This document shows positions 60,486-64,000 of a stretch of 64,000 nt of DNA, piece by piece. The translations under genes were made by a program, and so were the position numbers. The stretch covers positions 63,431 through 127,430 of the forward strand of contig JBDLRP010000013.1 in NCBI GenBank assembly GCA_039799905.1, read 5' to 3'. Position 1 is the first letter of the stretch. Every line of letters starts with the position of its first letter. The DNA comes from Pseudomonadota bacterium. GTDB taxonomy: Bacteria > Bdellovibrionota_B > Oligoflexia > Silvanigrellales > Silvanigrellaceae. Below the pieces are notes generated by a model. The model did no database searches, was not told the DNA's origin, and saw nothing but the letters and a program-made list of their open reading frames with translations.

Positions 60486-62333
60486 ATGTGCGGTGTCATT
60501 GGCTACGTTGGACAAGGCGCAACTCCGTCTTTTTTTCTCAATGCTCTGCGTCGACTGGAATATCGCGGTTACGACTCGGCGGGAATTGCAATGCTGACGC
60601 CCGACGGTGTGTCGATCGAGCGCGCGGAAGGTAAGTTGTCGCAACTCGAGCGCAAGCTGGATAAGCTTCCGCCCTCAGCAAAAGTGGGAATCGGTCACAC
60701 GCGTTGGGCAACCCATGGCAAGCCAACCGAGAACAACGCGCATCCGCACCGCTCCGGACCAATTGTCTTGCTGCACAACGGAATCATCGAAAATTATCGC
60801 CATCTGAAAGAAGAACTGATTGCCAAGGGCTACAAGTTTTTGAGTGAGACCGATACCGAAGTTGCAGCACATTTGTTGCACGATGAATATCTCCGGCAAA
60901 AGTCGGGAAGTGCCGAAGAACGCATGCGCCATGCGTTGAGATCGGTTGTAGGCCAGTTGAAGGGTGCATTTGCATTCGGCATTTTATGTCTCGATACCCC
61001 CGAGGTGCTCTACTCCGCAAAATTGGGCAGCCCGCTTGTTGTCGGGCAAGCCGAGGGTGAATGTTATATGGCTTCTGGCATCACGGCGCTGGTTGAGCAC
61101 ACCCGCCAGTTTTTGGTGGTCGAGGATCATGAGATCGTCGTTTTGAAACCCTCTGGAATTGAAATTGAAAGCTTTGCCGGCGAACGGGTTACGCGACCGT
61201 TCAACATGGTCGAATGGTCGGTCTCGATGATGGAAAAGGGCGGCTACCGACACTTCATGTTGAAGGAAATTCATGAACACCCGCTGGCCATTGCGCAGAC
61301 TTTGAACGGCAGAATTGAGCGCGATTCTGGACGCATCAATCTTGCTGACCTGGGGGTTGCTGCGCTCCCGCTCAAGACGCTGCAGAGAATTCAGATAATC
61401 GCCTGCGGGACGAGTTACTACGCTGCTTTGTTGAGTAAGTATTTTATCGAGTCACAGGCACGCATTCCAGTTGAGGTCGATCTGGCGAGTGAATACCGCT
61501 ACCGTGCTTCAACGGTCAGCGCCGAAACATTGGTGATCGCCGTGTCGCAGAGCGGTGAGACGGCCGACACACTGCAGGCAATCAAATCTGCACGCGCCAA
61601 TGGCGCCCAGACGCTAGCGATTGTCAACGTTCCGGGCAGTACGATTGCCCATGCGTGCCATGCTGAATCGCTGACAAAGGCAGGCCCCGAGATTGGCGTT
61701 GCCAGCACAAAGGCTTTCGCGGCGCAGGTTACTGCACTTTATCTTTTGGGTCTTGCACTGGCGCAGGAACGCGGCGCGTTGTCGCCCTCATCTCTTTCCT
61801 TGCAGATCGATGAGCTCGTCAAAATACCGAGCCTGGTTGAAAAGGCATTGGGCTTGTCCGAGTCCATAGAGAAACTGGCAAACCGCTATTTGCAAAATAC
61901 CAGTCTGTTGTTCATCGGCAGAGGGCCGCAGTGGCCGGTGGCTCTCGAGGGTTCGCTCAAGCTTAAAGAATTGTCCTATATTCATGCTGAGGCCTATGCT
62001 GCGGGTGAATTGAAGCATGGTCCAATTGCGTTGATTGATGAGAATATGAGTGTGGTTTGTCTTGCACCGCGGGATGCCTACTATGAGAAGACACTTTCGA
62101 ATATTGAGGAAATTAAGGCCCGTGGCGGGCGCATTTTGGCACTTGGGCAAGAAGATGACAGGCAGCTTCAATCGCTGGCTGATGATTTTATCGGAATTCC
62201 CGAGTGCTCCGAGACCATCCTTCCATTTATGACAACCGTCCCGCTTCATCTGCTTGCCTATTGGATTGCGGTCCGCAAGGGCACGGACGTTGACCAGCCG
62301 CGTAACCTCGCAAAAAGTGTGACTGTCGAGTAG
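60486..62333 (+). CDS. glmS: Glutamine-fructose-6-phosphate aminotransferase
   Basis: MCGVIG, LEYRGYDSAG, GHTRWATHG, SQSGETADT, PRNLAKSVTVE. Confidence 0.98.
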   Translation: MCGVIGYVGQGATPSFFLNALRRLEYRGYDSAGIAMLTPDGVSIERAEGKLSQLERKLDKLPPSAKVGIGHTRWATHGKPTENNAHPHRSGPIVLLHNGIIENYRHLKEELIAKGYKFLSETDTEVAAHLLHDEYLRQKSGSAEERMRHALRSVVGQLKGAFAFGILCLDTPEVLYSAKLGSPLVVGQAEGECYMASGITALVEHTRQFLVVEDHEIVVLKPSGIEIESFAGERVTRPFNMVEWSVSMMEKGGYRHFMLKEIHEHPLAIAQTLNGRIERDSGRINLADLGVAALPLKTLQRIQIIACGTSYYAALLSKYFIESQARIPVEVDLASEYRYRASTVSAETLVIAVSQSGETADTLQAIKSARANGAQTLAIVNVPGSTIAHACHAESLTKAGPEIGVASTKAFAAQVTALYLLGLALAQERGALSPSSLSLQIDELVKIPSLVEKALGLSESIEKLANRYLQNTSLLFIGRGPQWPVALEGSLKLKELSYIHAEAYAAGELKHGPIALIDENMSVVCLAPRDAYYEKTLSNIEEIKARGGRILALGQEDDRQLQSLADDFIGIPECSETILPFMTTVPLHLLAYWIAVRKGTDVDQPRNLAKSVTVE

Positions 62334-62436
62334 CCACCGCGCGCGACTCTCGGGGTGTAAGAGTTGCCCATCCCCTCAGCTCCCTTGTCAGTTGCTGCAC
62401 AGCGACTTCTGCTAGCCTCAGAGCAGGAGACTTTGT

Positions 62437-64000
62437 GTGATTCGTCGTTGGTACATCGGGATAAAATTGATGTTGAACACGCGCAGTCGGCGGCTTGCCC
62501 TGTTCGTCGGGTTGCTTATTGGTTTTTATCCTTCCTCCACCGATCGCTTGGGTTCGATTTGGTTTCCGGTGTTTGGCCTTCGCTACGATTTTTCATCTGG
62601 TCATGCTGTCGTTCCGCTTGAAGAAATATTTCCAAATTCATCCTTCGAGTCAGATGCTGATGTGACTCGGCACGCCTTGCGCATCATCGAACAACATTAT
62701 GTTCAGCGTGAGCGTCTCCAGTCGGTCCGCCTGCTCAGCAGTGGCATCAAGGCTCTTGCGCGTGAACACGGCGGTGACATCGAGCTTGGCTTTATCAAGG
62801 GCAGCGGCGAATTGAGCAGGTTGCAGCTTTCAAGCCAGCGCACCATTCAATTGTGTCCGTCGACGAGCCGTCAGAGCGCAGAAATTTGTCATGAATCGGG
62901 TGTCCTTCACGCGCAGGCTTTGCCCGAGGAGTTGGTCGACATGCAGGTGGTGCTGCGTGTCGGTCTGCGCGTGTTTGGAATCCCCTTGTCGGTTGATCCG
63001 GGGATGAAGAGTCTCGATTTGATAGGCCGTTTTGTCGTGCCTGAATATGCGCGTCTCAGGGGTGTTTCCGTAGCGCAGGCGGTTCATACTTACCTCAATG
63101 GGATTCTCGATGAGCTCGATCCGCACAGCTCCTACATGACTCATGAAGAGTATCGTGAGTTGCGCAGCGGGACGCGTGGTCAGTTTGGCGGCGTCGGTCT
63201 GGTCATCGATGAGTCGCAGGAGCTGCCCGTCATTCGTGAGGTTGTTCCCAACAGCCCCGCGCACATGTCCGGAATCAGACCAGGTGATGTTTTGCTAAAA
63301 GTCGGCAATCATATCTCCGCATTCCGAACGTTGGATTCTGTTTTGCGCGACATCCGCGAGCTAGCTGTTGAGACCGCCGCACCCGTTTGGTTTTTTCGTC
63401 CTTCCAGCCGCAGAGTCTACCGCTCCTATTTGGCACGCGAGGAGATTCCCACGCGCAGCGCCGAGTTGAGGTTGGTTGAGGGCCATCCCGAAGTTTTGCA
63501 CATCCGTGTGACTGGCTTTTCCAATCACACGGCCGATGACGTGTACGCCCTTTTTGAGCACGCACAGCTGACAGCGCGTGGAAAACTCAAGATGATGCTG
63601 TTGGATTTGCGCGGAAATCCGGGTGGCTTGCTGGATCAGGCGATTCAGGTGTCCGACCTTTTTATACGTCAGGGCAGGATTGTTTCGACGCGCTCGCGTT
63701 TTGAGGAGCAAATCGAACAGGCGACCCGTGGGATAAAGATTGATCTTCCGCTTGTTGTTTTGGTGAATTCATCGTCAGCCAGCGCAAGTGAGATTGTTGC
63801 CGGCGCTCTCAAGGATCACGGCCGTGCTTTGGTCGTCGGTGAGCGAACTTTTGGAAAGGGAAGTGTGCAGAGCTTGTTTGAACTCTCAACAGGCACCGCA
63901 CTGAAGCTCACCGTTGCACACTATTTTACCCCTGCCGGACAAAGTCTTCAGGGCGTCGGTGTGGAGCCGCATATCTCGATCAAGCTCGTACAGCCTCAGG
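62437..64000 (+). CDS. S41 carboxy-terminal processing protease with PDZ domain (3' truncated; missing from the ORF track because it has no stop in the window)
   Basis: Open frame read from GTG 62437 (AGGAG RBS): LDPHS, FGGVGL, DLRGNPGG, SASASEIVAG, GERTFGKGSVQ. Confidence 0.92.
   Translation, partial: MIRRWYIGIKLMLNTRSRRLALFVGLLIGFYPSSTDRLGSIWFPVFGLRYDFSSGHAVVPLEEIFPNSSFESDADVTRHALRIIEQHYVQRERLQSVRLLSSGIKALAREHGGDIELGFIKGSGELSRLQLSSQRTIQLCPSTSRQSAEICHESGVLHAQALPEELVDMQVVLRVGLRVFGIPLSVDPGMKSLDLIGRFVVPEYARLRGVSVAQAVHTYLNGILDELDPHSSYMTHEEYRELRSGTRGQFGGVGLVIDESQELPVIREVVPNSPAHMSGIRPGDVLLKVGNHISAFRTLDSVLRDIRELAVETAAPVWFFRPSSRRVYRSYLAREEIPTRSAELRLVEGHPEVLHIRVTGFSNHTADDVYALFEHAQLTARGKLKMMLLDLRGNPGGLLDQAIQVSDLFIRQGRIVSTRSRFEEQIEQATRGIKIDLPLVVLVNSSSASASEIVAGALKDHGRALVVGERTFGKGSVQSLFELSTGTALKLTVAHYFTPAGQSLQGVGVEPHISIKLVQPQ

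Noticed and set aside
60474..60486. glmS ribozyme, or a frameshifted remainder of glmU
   Set aside because: Only 11 bp separate the two genes
62364..63711. Listed short ORFs after glmS
   Set aside because: Alternative-frame or antisense shadows of the S41 protease frame that runs off the window end

Overview
Bacterial chromosomal window of mostly housekeeping genes spanning the replication origin. oriC lies at about 32.85-33.45 kb: four perfect TGTGGATAA DnaA boxes, many degenerate boxes in ~11-bp phase, an AT-rich unwinding region, and a visible switch from C/A-rich to G/T-rich + strand. The core genes are gyrA-gyrB-dnaN, dnaA, F0 ATP synthase genes (split operon), tolQRAB, accA-cmk, waaA, an RNase G/E, uvrD, rpoH, btuFCD-like ABC genes, tadA, glmU/glmS, a truncated S41 protease and five tRNAs. 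Gene content and order suggest a Gram-negative Bdellovibrionota/deltaproteobacteria-like organism (inference only). No integrase, transposase, prophage, CRISPR or rRNA was seen. The most notable observations are: (i) a sua5/tsaC gene inserted in the opposite orientation between dnaA and oriC, carrying its own DnaA boxes, while the usual rpmH-to-parB block and recF are missing; (ii) a GlmU lacking its acetyltransferase domain, divergent from a GHMP sugar kinase and coupled to glmS; (iii) an MTAP-gloB-ARD-like cupin-HAD cluster; (iv) a Fic protein lacking the catalytic His next to a secreted DM9/DUF3421-like protein; (v) a HARP-like SNF2 ATPase; (vi) a metal-ligand-less MBL-fold protein and a poly-Lys-tailed GNAT upstream of uvrD. 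All product calls come from motif recognition by eye; no database searches were run.
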